A DNA stretch of 64,000 nucleotides from Deltaproteobacteria bacterium (GCA_019310425.1 JAFDEI010000003.1:9221-73220); one strand, 5' to 3'; positions 1 to 8,831 are shown, numbered from the stretch's first letter. A program made the numbers and translations. The notes: generated by a model from the letters alone, not told the origin.

Positions 1-144
1 AGCGTTGACCACTGGCTGGAACGCGCGGCACCGGTCCTCGGCCAACACAACGCCGAGATCCTGGCTGAACTGGGTTTCGATCGGGCGGAAATCGAGAATC
101 TCGCGGCTGAGAAAGTAATCGGCGATTGGCCCGAAGACGTTTGA
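1..144 (+). CDS. Family III CoA-transferase (CaiB/BaiF-like), C-terminal fragment cut by the window edge
   Basis: Frame 1 is open from base 1 to TGA at 142-144. The translation ...APVLGQHNAEILAELGFDRAEIENLAAEKVIGDWPEDV resembles the C-terminal tail of the complete paralog at 25919-27103 (...APTLGEHRDELLRQLGLSEAEQAELVAKGIVG). Confidence 0.5.
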   Translation, partial: SVDHWLERAAPVLGQHNAEILAELGFDRAEIENLAAEKVIGDWPEDV

Positions 145-228
145 AGAACCGAAGCCAGACCGATTCTGCCTGCTGAGCGTCGCGTCGATGAGATCGATCG
201 CGGCCCGCCGGCGTCCGCCGCTGGCCGG

Positions 229-1302
229 TTACCAGCCGGAGAGCTTCGCGGCCCGCTCGCGGTGCAGCTGCGGCAGGCCGAGCCAGGCGCGGTCGAAGAG
301 TGCGCGCTTGAGCCACATGTGGATCTCGCACTCCCAGGTGAGCCCGATGCCGCCGTAGATCTCGACCGCGTCGCGGGAGACCTGGGTGTAGCGGTCGGTG
401 ATGTGCGACTTCACCATCGCGGCCGAGTGCTCGGCGTCGGCCGGGATGTGGTCGAATGCGTGCGCGGCGTACCAGAGCAGCGCACGGCCGGGCTCGACCT
501 GGATCGCCATGTTGGCGAGCTGATGCTTGACGGCTTGAAACTCGCCGATCTTCCGGCCGAACTGTTCGCGGGTCTTCGCGTAGTCGGTCGACATCTCGAC
601 CAGACGCCAGGCACCGCCGAGCGCATCCGCGGCCAGCAGGATCAGGCCCGCGTCGCGTACGCGCTCCCCGACCGGGTGCACGAGCACCTCGGCAGGTGTG
701 TTCTCGAAGCTCACCCTCGAGCTTCGCCGCGTGCGGTCCGCGCTGTCGACCGGCTCGATCTTCACGCCGTTCGCTTCGCGCGCAACCACCGCGAGCCGGC
801 CCCCCACGAGCGAAACCACGATCCAGCCGGAGATCTCGGCACTCGTGACATAGGTCTTGGCCCCGGTGAGCCGACCGTCCTCGATGTCGAGCTGCCATTC
901 GCTCGGATCCCAGCACCCCCCGGCCTCCCCCATCGCGATGGTCGCAATGCCGGTGCCGGAGGCGAGGTCGGGCAGCCAGCGCTCCTTCTGTGCGTCGTCG
1001 CCGCCGAGCTGGATCGCAAGGGTCGCGAGCGAATGCCCGAGAAACGGCGACGGAACCGCGCCCGCGCCGAGCACCTCGGCGACCAGGGCGAGCTCGAGCA
1101 TTTCCATCTCGGCGCCGCCGTACTGCTCGGGAACCGTGAGCCCGGCCAGCCCCATCTCGGCGAGGCCGTGCCAGAGAGCGGCGTCGTAGTCTGATTCGCC
1201 GTCGAAGATCTCGCGCAGACGCGTTAGCGGGCACTCGTTCTCGACGAAGCCTCGGACCGTCTCCTGGAGCATCTTCTGCTCTTCCGAAAGACTGAAATTC
1301 AT
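229..1302 (-). CDS. Acyl-CoA dehydrogenase family protein (smaller subunit of a tandem pair)
   Basis: 357-aa ORF. The N-terminus MNFSLSEEQKMLQETVRGFVENECP and the C-terminal region REQFGRKIGEFQAVKHQLANM...EIYGGIGLTWE are typical of the ACAD fold. The ATG lies 3 nt after the stop of the upstream ACAD gene. Confidence 0.85.
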   Translation of the reverse strand: MNFSLSEEQKMLQETVRGFVENECPLTRLREIFDGESDYDAALWHGLAEMGLAGLTVPEQYGGAEMEMLELALVAEVLGAGAVPSPFLGHSLATLAIQLGGDDAQKERWLPDLASGTGIATIAMGEAGGCWDPSEWQLDIEDGRLTGAKTYVTSAEISGWIVVSLVGGRLAVVAREANGVKIEPVDSADRTRRSSRVSFENTPAEVLVHPVGERVRDAGLILLAADALGGAWRLVEMSTDYAKTREQFGRKIGEFQAVKHQLANMAIQVEPGRALLWYAAHAFDHIPADAEHSAAMVKSHITDRYTQVSRDAVEIYGGIGLTWECEIHMWLKRALFDRAWLGLPQLHRERAAKLSGW

Positions 1303-1305
1303 CGC

Positions 1306-2523
1306 CTATCCCTTCCCCGCTCCCATGTTGGCCACCCGCTGCTTGGGCAGGCCGAGTCCGCGCTCGCCGATGATGTTGCGCTGGATGTTCGCGGTGCCGC
1401 CCGCAGTCGCGATGCCGAGCGACCACATCCAGTTGCCGAGCCAGGACGCGTCGGTGCCGTCTTCGACCGGAGAGTACGCAATGGGATTCGGCACTTCGAA
1501 GGCACCATCGCCGATCAGGTCGAGCGCGAGCTTCGCCATCATGTGGCTCATCTCCGTCGACGTCAGCTTCGCCATGATCATCACGATGCCCGCGAATTCT
1601 CCGTGCGCGGTGGCGGTCAGCATGCGGCTGCCCGAGTGGGTCTGCGTAGCCACGTAGGCCTGGATCTCGGCCAGGCGCTGCCGGATGCTCGAATCCTCGA
1701 TCGCGGGCCGCCCGCCGATCTGGGCCCGCCGCGCGAGCTTCACGAGCTGCGCGAGGTCGCGCTCCATCCGACCCGAGTCTCCGATCAACGCACGCTCGTG
1801 CATAAGCGTCGCCTTCGAGACCGCCCAGCCTTCGCCTCGCTTGCCCACGATGTTCGCGGCCGGCGTGCGCGCGTCGTCGAAGAAGACTTCGCAGAACTCG
1901 TCGGTCGCGGTCATCTGCTTGAGTGTTCTCACACGGATGCCGGGCACCTTCAGGTCGACGAGCAGGTACGAGATGCCGGCGTGCTTGCCCGCATCGGGCT
2001 CGGTGCGAACGAGGCAGAACATCATGTCGGCCTGGTCCGCGCCCGAGGTCCAGATCTTCTGACCGTTGATCACCCACTCGTCGCCATCGAGCTCGGCGCG
2101 GGTCTGGAGCGACGCCAGGTCGCTGCCCGCTCCGGGTTCGCTGTAGCCCTGCGCCCAGGTCATCTCACCCCGAATCGTCGGCCGGATGAACTGTTCCTTC
2201 TGCGCGTCGTTACCGCACTCGAGCAGTGTCGGTACCAGCATTGCGGCGCCCTGGCCGGAGAGCTCGTGAGGTGCACCCGCCTGCGTGAACTCCTCGAGGA
2301 TGATCTTCGACTTGAAGATGTCCTGGGGCTGTTCGGAGCCGCCGTATTGCCGCGGAATCGAGCGGTATAGGTAGCCTTGCTCGGTGGCGAGGTCGCGAAA
2401 GACCATGATCCGCTCGGCTTCGGCCAACTTCGCCTGCGCTCCGGTGAGGGGCCAGTTCGCTTCCAGGAAGCGCCGGACTTCTCGACGAAACTCGTCGTAT
2501 TCGGGGGTGTACCGCAGGTCCAT
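1306..2523 (-). CDS. Acyl-CoA dehydrogenase family protein (larger subunit of a tandem pair)
   Basis: I chose the internal ATG at 2523 (MDLRYTPEYDEFRREVRRFLEANWP), which has GGAG about 8 nt upstream. ACAD motifs are WAQGYSEPGAGSDLASL, INGQKIWTSGA and the C-terminal GGTANIQRNIIGERGLGLP. The 34 codons upstream in the track ORF look non-coding. Confidence 0.85.
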   Translation of the reverse strand: MDLRYTPEYDEFRREVRRFLEANWPLTGAQAKLAEAERIMVFRDLATEQGYLYRSIPRQYGGSEQPQDIFKSKIILEEFTQAGAPHELSGQGAAMLVPTLLECGNDAQKEQFIRPTIRGEMTWAQGYSEPGAGSDLASLQTRAELDGDEWVINGQKIWTSGADQADMMFCLVRTEPDAGKHAGISYLLVDLKVPGIRVRTLKQMTATDEFCEVFFDDARTPAANIVGKRGEGWAVSKATLMHERALIGDSGRMERDLAQLVKLARRAQIGGRPAIEDSSIRQRLAEIQAYVATQTHSGSRMLTATAHGEFAGIVMIMAKLTSTEMSHMMAKLALDLIGDGAFEVPNPIAYSPVEDGTDASWLGNWMWSLGIATAGGTANIQRNIIGERGLGLPKQRVANMGAGKG

Positions 2524-2593
2524 GGTGATGCTCCGCGACGTCTGCACCGGCACGCCCACACGAGTCTGCCGGGCGCTGCTGGAAATCGGAACA

Positions 2594-2617
2594 AATAGCT
2601 TACCAGGAAGGTAAATA
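2594..2617. promoter_or_regulatory. Candidate MarR operator box 1 (AATAGCTTACCAGGAAGGTAAATA)
   Basis: The box lies between the marR stop (2670) and the ACAD start (2523). It contains the dyad TTACC-N5-GGTAA. 20 of 24 nt are identical to the box at 3255-3278. Confidence 0.45.
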
Positions 2618-2669
2618 GGCGGCAAGCAAGCTGCAGCCTACGAAGTCGAGCGAAGGCACGTCTTCTGAC

Positions 2670-3218
2670 TCAGCGAACCGCGGATTCTTCGAACGCGTCG
2701 AGCAGCTTTCCGAGCGACTCGACCAGCTGCCGCCGCTCCGGACCACTCAGCGGCTCGATCGTCCGCGCGTACTTCGCCAGGCCGGCATCGAAGATCTTCG
2801 CCGCCAGCTTGCGGCCACGCGCGGTCAGTGCGACCAGCACGCCACGGCCGTCGTTCGGGTCGGGCGTGCGCTTCACGAGCCCGGCCGACTCGAGCCGGTC
2901 GATCGTCTTGCTGACCCCACCCGACGACAGCGCCAGTGCCTCGTTGATGCGACTCGGCGACATCCGGTACGGTGGACCTTCGATCCGCAAGGTGTGAAGT
3001 GCGGTGTACTCGGAATAGGTGAGGCCGAACGAGTGCAGATCAGCCCGGTAGACTTCGTCGATCGTACGGCTCAGTCGCGCCAGGCCGGCCATCAAGAGCA
3101 CGGTGTCCTCGTCGACCCGGCCGAGTTCGCTCCGCCAACGCTCCGGAAGCCGTGTTCGGCGTAGGGCCGTCCGATCGCGACCCGGAGCCTTTTCACGCAT
3201 TCTGTCGCCGGTTCCCAC
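2670..3218 (-). CDS. MarR family transcriptional regulator
   Basis: 182-aa ORF with a winged-helix core: LTYSEYTALHTLRIEGPPYRMSPSRINEALALSSGGVSKTIDRLESAGLVKRTPDPNDGRGVLVALTARG. GTG start at 3218 is preceded by GGGGAGGG. Confidence 0.9.
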   Translation of the reverse strand: MGTGDRMREKAPGRDRTALRRTRLPERWRSELGRVDEDTVLLMAGLARLSRTIDEVYRADLHSFGLTYSEYTALHTLRIEGPPYRMSPSRINEALALSSGGVSKTIDRLESAGLVKRTPDPNDGRGVLVALTARGRKLAAKIFDAGLAKYARTIEPLSGPERRQLVESLGKLLDAFEESAVR

Positions 3219-3254
3219 GACTCACCCTCCCCGACGTAACCGGGCGAATTGACG

Positions 3255-3278
3255 AATAGCTGACCAGGAAGGTATTTT
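3255..3278. promoter_or_regulatory. Candidate MarR operator box 2 (AATAGCTGACCAGGAAGGTATTTT)
   Basis: The box is in the divergent intergenic region, 37 nt upstream of the marR GTG and 100 nt upstream of the acyl-CoA synthetase ATG. It shares AATAGCT and the 12-mer ACCAGGAAGGTA with box 1. Confidence 0.45.
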
Positions 3279-3378
3279 ACCGGATCTCAGCGAGGAACAC
3301 AGCCGGCGTGCCCATGGACTGACGCCGACCACCCCGGAGCCAGCTCGCTCGACCCGAACTGAACGCAAAGGAAATCGA

Positions 3379-4953
3379 ATGGCCGACCACGGATTCTGGA
3401 ACTACGCACAGCGCGATCCCGATGCGCTCGCACTCATCGACCCGAGCGGACGCAAATTTACTCGCGGTGAACTGCTCGCCGAATGCAACAAGGTGGTCGG
3501 CGGCCTGCGCACGCTCGGGCTCGAACACGGCGATGTGGTTGCAATCAACTCACCGAACTGTGCCGAGTACTACATGTTGTCGCTCGCCTGCACGCAGGCG
3601 GGCTTCTACCTGACGCCGATCAACTGGCACCTCGCAACCGACGAGGTCGCGTACATCGTGAAGGACTGCGGCGCGAAGGCGTTCGTCGGCCATGAGCGGG
3701 TCGGGGAGATCTGCGTGAAGGCCGCCAACCAGATCGGCTTTCCGAAGAACGCGTGCTTCGCCATCGGCGGAATCGACGGCTTTCGGCCCTTCAGCGACCT
3801 CACCGACGGGCAGAGCGCTGCGATGCCGGAGAATCGCGCCGCAGGCACGATCATGAACTACACCTCGGGCACGACGGGCAACCCGAAGGGTGTGAAGCGG
3901 CCACTCGCCCCCGCCGAAGTCGACCCCGATTTGATCTTCTCGATGATGACGATCTTCCTCGGCATGTTCGGCATCCAGGCCGAGGAAGACAACGTCCACA
4001 TCTGCGGCTCCCCTCTCTATCACACCGCAGTGCTGATCTGGTCGTCTACCTCGCTCCATTTCGGCCACCCCGTCGTGTTGATGGACAAATGGGACGCCGA
4101 AGAGATGCTGCGGCTGATCGAGGAACACCGATGCACCACCAGCCACATGGTTCCGACCCAGTTCCACCGTATGCTCGCGTTGCCCGAAGCCGTGCGGGCC
4201 AAATACGACTGCTCGTCGACCCGCAACATGGTGCACGCGGCTGCGCCCTGCCCGCCCGACGTGAAGCGCCGCATGATCGAATGGTGGGGTCCATCGATCT
4301 ACGAGTACTACGCCGCGACCGAAGGCGGCGGCACGCTCGTCACGCCGGAGGAATGGCTGGAATACCCCGGTACCGTCGGCCGGCCGTGGACCAACGCCGA
4401 AATCCGGATCTTCGACGACGACGACCGCGAAATGCCGCAGGGCGAACAGGGCACCATCTACATGCTGCTCGGCGAGACCGCGAAATTCGAGTACAAGGAC
4501 GACGCAGCCAAGACGAAGAAGAACCGCCTCGCGACCGACGACGGCAAGACCTTCTTCACGGTCGGCGACGTCGGCTACCTGAACGAAGCCGGCTACCTGT
4601 TCCTATGCGATCGCAAGATCGACATGATCATCTCGGGCGGCGCGAACATCTACCCGGCCGAGATCGAGAACGTGCTGCTCTCGCACCCGAAGGTCGGTGA
4701 TGTCGCCGTCTTCGGTATCCCGAACGAAGACTGGGGCGAAGAAATCAAGGCCGTGATCGAGCCGGCCGAAGGCGTGATCGCGGGCGACGCCCTCACCGAG
4801 GAGATCCTCGCCTTCTGCAAGGAGAAGCTGGCGAAATTCAAGACACCGAAGTCGGTCGATTACACCAACGAGATGCCCCGCGACCCGAACGGCAAGCTCT
4901 ACAAGCGCAAACTGCGCGACCCGTATTGGGAAGGCCAGGAACGAGCCATCTAG
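3379..4953 (+). CDS. AMP-dependent acyl-CoA synthetase/ligase
   Basis: 524 aa. The AMP-binding motif is NYTSGTTGNPKGV. Later motifs are YYAATEGGG, GDVGYLNEAGYLFLCDRKIDMIISGGANIYPAEIE and PRDPNGKLYKRKL. AAGGAAA RBS precedes the ATG. Confidence 0.9.
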   Translation: MADHGFWNYAQRDPDALALIDPSGRKFTRGELLAECNKVVGGLRTLGLEHGDVVAINSPNCAEYYMLSLACTQAGFYLTPINWHLATDEVAYIVKDCGAKAFVGHERVGEICVKAANQIGFPKNACFAIGGIDGFRPFSDLTDGQSAAMPENRAAGTIMNYTSGTTGNPKGVKRPLAPAEVDPDLIFSMMTIFLGMFGIQAEEDNVHICGSPLYHTAVLIWSSTSLHFGHPVVLMDKWDAEEMLRLIEEHRCTTSHMVPTQFHRMLALPEAVRAKYDCSSTRNMVHAAAPCPPDVKRRMIEWWGPSIYEYYAATEGGGTLVTPEEWLEYPGTVGRPWTNAEIRIFDDDDREMPQGEQGTIYMLLGETAKFEYKDDAAKTKKNRLATDDGKTFFTVGDVGYLNEAGYLFLCDRKIDMIISGGANIYPAEIENVLLSHPKVGDVAVFGIPNEDWGEEIKAVIEPAEGVIAGDALTEEILAFCKEKLAKFKTPKSVDYTNEMPRDPNGKLYKRKLRDPYWEGQERAI

Positions 4954-5169
4954 AGGGCACGCGCCCAGTGCTCCGCTCGCCACGAACCACACGTGGGGCG
5001 GGGACACTCCCAGACCCGAAAGCAGGATCGGCAGAAACGAGAGGAAGGCCGCCACGAGACCCATCTCGAGGGCGGGCGGCCGGCTCGCGAACTTCACGCC
5101 CCACGTAACCACCCGTTCGGCTCCGGCGTACAGACACCAGGCCCGCACGGCCAGAGGAGGGCGATCGCC

Positions 5170-6330
5170 ATGTCGAATCCTACGAGCCGCGAGGGAATCC
5201 CTTCGGACCAGGCGGTTCGAACGCGCTATACCGCCGCCGCTCGGACCCGAGAGGCGGCGCTCTGCTGTCCGGTCGAGTACGACGCGCGCTACCTGGATGC
5301 CATTCCCGCCGAAGTGATCGAGCGCGACTACGGCTGCGGCGACCCCTCCCGCTATGTGGCCGAGGGCGACACCGTCCTCGACCTCGGCAGCGGTAGCGGC
5401 AAGGTCGCCTTCATCGCCTCCCAGGTGGTCGGACCCCGCGGCCGTGTCGTCGGCATCGACATGAACGACGAGATGCTCGCGCTCGCGCGGGCCGCGGCGC
5501 CGCAGTTGGCGGAGCGCGTGGGATATTCGAACGTCGAGTTCCAGCGCGGGCACATCGGAGACCTGGCGCTCGAACTCGACGCACTCGACCGCTGGCTGGC
5601 CGCGAACCCCGTCGGTGACTGCGGAGCACTGGCGGCGCTCGAAGCCGAGCAGGCTCGCCTTCGCCGTGACCAGCCGCTGGTCGCGAGCGACTCGATCGAT
5701 ATCGTGATTTCGAACTGTGTACTCAATCTCGTTCGCGAGGAGGCGAAGCAGCAGCTGATTCAAGAGATCTTCCGGGTGCTCAAGCGCGGTGGGCGCATCG
5801 CCATCTCCGACATCGTCGCCGATGAAGCCGTGCCGTCGGCCCTCAAGCAGGACCCCGAGCTGTGGAGCGGCTGCATCTCGGGCGCCTTCCAGGAACTCGA
5901 TCTCCTGCATCGGCTCGAGACGGCCGGTTTCTACGGGATCGCCTTCGACAAGTGGGAGCAAGAGCCCTTCGCAGTCGTGGACGGCATCGAATTCCGCTCG
6001 GTGACTGTGACGGCTCGCAAGGGCAAGCAGGGTCCGTGCATGGAGGCGAACCAGGCGGTCGTCTACGCAGGCCCGTGGAAGCGGGTCGAAGACGACGACG
6101 GGCACAGCTTCGAGCGGGGCGTGCGCCACGCCGTATGCGCCAAGACGTTCGAAATCCTGACACAGGCCCCCTATGCGGGAGAGACGATCGGCATCGAGCC
6201 GCGACACGAGATCCCCGCGGCAGAGCGCCGGGCTTTCGATTGCTCGCGGAGCGATACGCGCCACCCCCGCGAGACCAAGGGCTCCGACAATCGGCCGAGC
6301 CACGTCACCGCCGGTGCTAGCTGCTGCTGA
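5170..6330 (+). CDS. ArsM-like SAM-dependent methyltransferase
   Basis: I chose the internal ATG at 5170, which has GGAGGG upstream. The SAM motif is VLDLGSGSGKVAF...GIDMNDEMLALAR. Cysteines sit at the positions I recall for As(III) binding in ArsM: ALCCP, YGCGDP, ISNCVLNL and WSGCISGA. There is an extra insertion of about 40 aa (DLALELDALDRWLAANPVGDCGALAALEAEQARLRRDQPLVA). Confidence 0.7.
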   Translation: MSNPTSREGIPSDQAVRTRYTAAARTREAALCCPVEYDARYLDAIPAEVIERDYGCGDPSRYVAEGDTVLDLGSGSGKVAFIASQVVGPRGRVVGIDMNDEMLALARAAAPQLAERVGYSNVEFQRGHIGDLALELDALDRWLAANPVGDCGALAALEAEQARLRRDQPLVASDSIDIVISNCVLNLVREEAKQQLIQEIFRVLKRGGRIAISDIVADEAVPSALKQDPELWSGCISGAFQELDLLHRLETAGFYGIAFDKWEQEPFAVVDGIEFRSVTVTARKGKQGPCMEANQAVVYAGPWKRVEDDDGHSFERGVRHAVCAKTFEILTQAPYAGETIGIEPRHEIPAAERRAFDCSRSDTRHPRETKGSDNRPSHVTAGASCC

Positions 6331-6674
6331 CGGGATCGCGGCGGACCCCTGGAGAGCGACACTCCAGCGACCCAAAGCGGCTCCCATCCGCTCGACTCCC
6401 GGGGGTAATTCCCCCACAGGAAAGCCCGTGATGAAACGTGCCATTCCTGCCTGCCTTTTGGGGTGTCTTGCCCTGAAGTTGCCGGATCACGGAATAATAG
6501 TCCCGCATTGTGGAAGCCGACTTTCCACTGTCACGAGCGTGAAAATCCGAGAAAAATTTGCAAAAACAGCAGTTTATTGCGTGACACCCAATGGCTCGGA
6601 GGTGCATAATGCCCCATGCGATAGGCAACTCCGGCTCGCTTCGAGCGAGGTGTCCCCGGGAAGGGGAGATAGCA

Positions 6675-7499
6675 GTGTTCCAAGCCGCGACGTACGAACT
6701 CGATAACCACTTAGCCACCCTGCTGCTCCATTCGCTGGCCGCCGTGGCGCTTGCCTGCTTCGTCACCCAGAACGCCGGCGCGACCGTCATCGACTTCGAA
6801 GGCCCCGTCAACGGCACCGAGCTCGTCGGTAACGAATTTGCGGGCGTGACGATCAGCTCTTCCGACAAGGGCGTCACCCACGCGGGCCCGGCGATCTTCG
6901 ATTCCTCCAAACCCGGCCCCAATGACGCGGGCGCTGACAAAGACCTGCTCGTCAACCTCGGCAACATTCTGATCCTCCAGAACGACGCACTGACCGCACA
7001 GACGGTTACGCCGGGCGTCTTCGACACCCCGAACGACGAGGCCGACTTCGGTGGCGCGGGCGGCACGGGCAACCTGCTCTTCACCTTCGACAGCGCGGTC
7101 GAGGTCCAGAACATCACGCTGATCGACTTGAACGGCGGTGCCGAGCTGATGCTCGTCCTTACCGACGTTCTCGGCAACACCCTCAGCTACGGCGTGCCCG
7201 AGATGTGGACCAACGACGTCGAGTTCTGCGGGTTCGCGTGCGACGGCTACGCGGTCTTCGACCTGCAGACCCTCGGCGCACAGGCCGGCGAAGACGGAGG
7301 GAGCAGCATCACTCCGGCACCGATCATCAACAACATCAGCGGTGTCTACGACAAGTTCAGCATCGAGAGCCTGGAGATCACCCTCGACGGCAGCACGCCG
7401 TCGGCCGGTTTCGACAATCTCACCTACGTACCGGAGCCCGGAACCGGCGTGTTGCTCGGCCTCGGTCTCGTCGGGCTGGCGGCTCGCCGACGGCGCTGA
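6675..7499 (+). CDS. PEP-CTERM sorting-domain secreted protein
   Basis: The C-terminus VPEPGTGVLLGLGLVGLAARRRR is the classic PEP-CTERM layout (PEP motif, TM segment, Arg cluster). The N-terminal signal is LLLHSLAAVALACFVTQNAGA. I chose GTG 6675, which follows AAGGGGAG; the track ORF starts at 6591. Confidence 0.75.
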   Translation: MFQAATYELDNHLATLLLHSLAAVALACFVTQNAGATVIDFEGPVNGTELVGNEFAGVTISSSDKGVTHAGPAIFDSSKPGPNDAGADKDLLVNLGNILILQNDALTAQTVTPGVFDTPNDEADFGGAGGTGNLLFTFDSAVEVQNITLIDLNGGAELMLVLTDVLGNTLSYGVPEMWTNDVEFCGFACDGYAVFDLQTLGAQAGEDGGSSITPAPIINNISGVYDKFSIESLEITLDGSTPSAGFDNLTYVPEPGTGVLLGLGLVGLAARRRR

Positions 7500-7610
7500 G
7501 AGCGCTCGGCCCACCGCATTCCGCCGAGCCCCCGGCCACGCCGTCGAATTACGGTGACACCCTGCAGCGCTTCCTGGCCTGATCCTCGGCTGCGGCGGTA
7601 GACTTGCCGG

Positions 7611-8738
7611 ATGGCAGAAGGATCTCGTCGCGCAGCAGACGCCGAGTTCGGCCGGGCACTGGGCGAACTCGAGACAGCCCTGCTGGCGGCACTCTCGGAA
7701 TTCGAGCGCATCGGGCGGCGACTGCACCCGCCGGCAATCGCCGGACTGCGGACTGAGCTTCAGCCCGTAGCAACACGCTTGGACGAAGCGCTGGCGACTT
7801 TCCGTGCCTGCTCGCCCGCGCCCGGTCTCGACGACATGGCGCAGCACATAGGCCGCGTGGGCGATCATGCGGCACAGGCCTGCGCGTCCTTTCTCGAACC
7901 CACACCCGCGCCGAACATGATCGTGCGCGTGATGGCGGCGATGCACGAACTCTGTCGCGCAGTGGCGGAAGCCTACCCACTGCGCCGCGTTCTGCCGGGG
8001 TTCGACCGTTACTTCCTCGAGCCCGGGTTTCGCGAAATCGGCGTCGAGCTCGACCCCCCCCACGCTGGCGACGGAGATGCAGGCGCTGGAGGCCGCGTCG
8101 GAATCCTTTCGGCGAACAACGCGCTGGGTTCGCGCGGCGGTTTCTCACTCTATGTTCCGGAGTCGTACGACCCGAGTGACGCCCGGCCGCTGATCGTCGC
8201 GCTTCACGGAGCGTACGGCCACGGGGCCGACTTTCTGTGGACCTGGCAGCGAGAGGCCCGGAGCCGGCGCATGATCCTGTTGGCACCGACATCGCAGGGC
8301 TCGACGTGGTCCTTCAACGGCCCGGATGTCGATGCGCCCGCCCTGGCCTCGATGCTGAGCTATGTCCGCAAGCATTGGCGGGTCGACCCCGAGCGGATTC
8401 TCCTGACCGGACTCTCCGACGGGGCGACGTATACACTCCTGAACGGTCTCCGCGAGGAGTCGCCCTACACGGTGTTGGCCCCGATCTCGGGTGTCATGCA
8501 CCCGAAGAATCTCGAGAACGGCAACCTCGAGCGGGCCAAGGGCAGGCGCATCTACCTGGTACACGGCGCACTGGACTGGATGTTCCCCGTCCAGATCGCC
8601 CGCCACGCAGCCGAGATGCTGAGGCACGCGGGAACCGACCTCCACTACCAGGAGGTCGAAGACTTGTCCCACACCTACCCGCGAGAAGAAAACGCAAGCA
8701 TCCTCGACTGGAGCTGGGGAAATCCGGAACACGCCTGA
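7611..8738 (+). CDS. Two-domain protein: unknown helical N-terminal region plus a phospholipase/carboxylesterase-type alpha/beta hydrolase
   Basis: The C-terminal half has PLIVALHGAYGHGADF, the nucleophile elbow GLSDG, HGALDWMFP and EDLSHTYP, giving Ser-Asp-His candidates. I do not recognise the N-terminal ~150 aa. The start is uncertain. Confidence 0.65.
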   Translation: MAEGSRRAADAEFGRALGELETALLAALSEFERIGRRLHPPAIAGLRTELQPVATRLDEALATFRACSPAPGLDDMAQHIGRVGDHAAQACASFLEPTPAPNMIVRVMAAMHELCRAVAEAYPLRRVLPGFDRYFLEPGFREIGVELDPPHAGDGDAGAGGRVGILSANNALGSRGGFSLYVPESYDPSDARPLIVALHGAYGHGADFLWTWQREARSRRMILLAPTSQGSTWSFNGPDVDAPALASMLSYVRKHWRVDPERILLTGLSDGATYTLLNGLREESPYTVLAPISGVMHPKNLENGNLERAKGRRIYLVHGALDWMFPVQIARHAAEMLRHAGTDLHYQEVEDLSHTYPREENASILDWSWGNPEHA

Positions 8739-8831
8739 TCCAGCTTCGCTTCCGTTCAGGGGGGGGCGGGGCGCGAGGACGCATAAGCCAGCCACGTGCT
8801 CGAAGAACATTGGCAAGCCAGAGTTACGCCT

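Noticed and set aside
4603-6444. Very long ORFs antisense to or overlapping confidently called genes. Examples: 4603-6444 (-) 613 aa; 6711-8063 (-) 450 aa; 9444-11300 (+) 618 aa; 43466-45850 (-) 794 aa; 46265-49288 (+) 1007 aa; 54151-56505 (-) 784 aa.
   Set aside because: Their translations are Arg/Ala/Gly/Pro/His-rich low-complexity strings with no recognisable motifs. Each is the mirror or an off-frame of an ORF with clear family signatures. Long stop-free antisense frames are expected in GC-rich DNA.
6592-6607. Sigma-54-like element TGGCTC-GGAGG-TGCAT, about 70 nt upstream of the PEP-CTERM gene start (6675).
   Set aside because: The GG to GC spacing is one nucleotide shorter than the canonical TGGCAC-N5-TTGC, and sigma-54 tolerates spacing changes poorly. 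No matching element was seen upstream of the other PEP-CTERM gene (42879).
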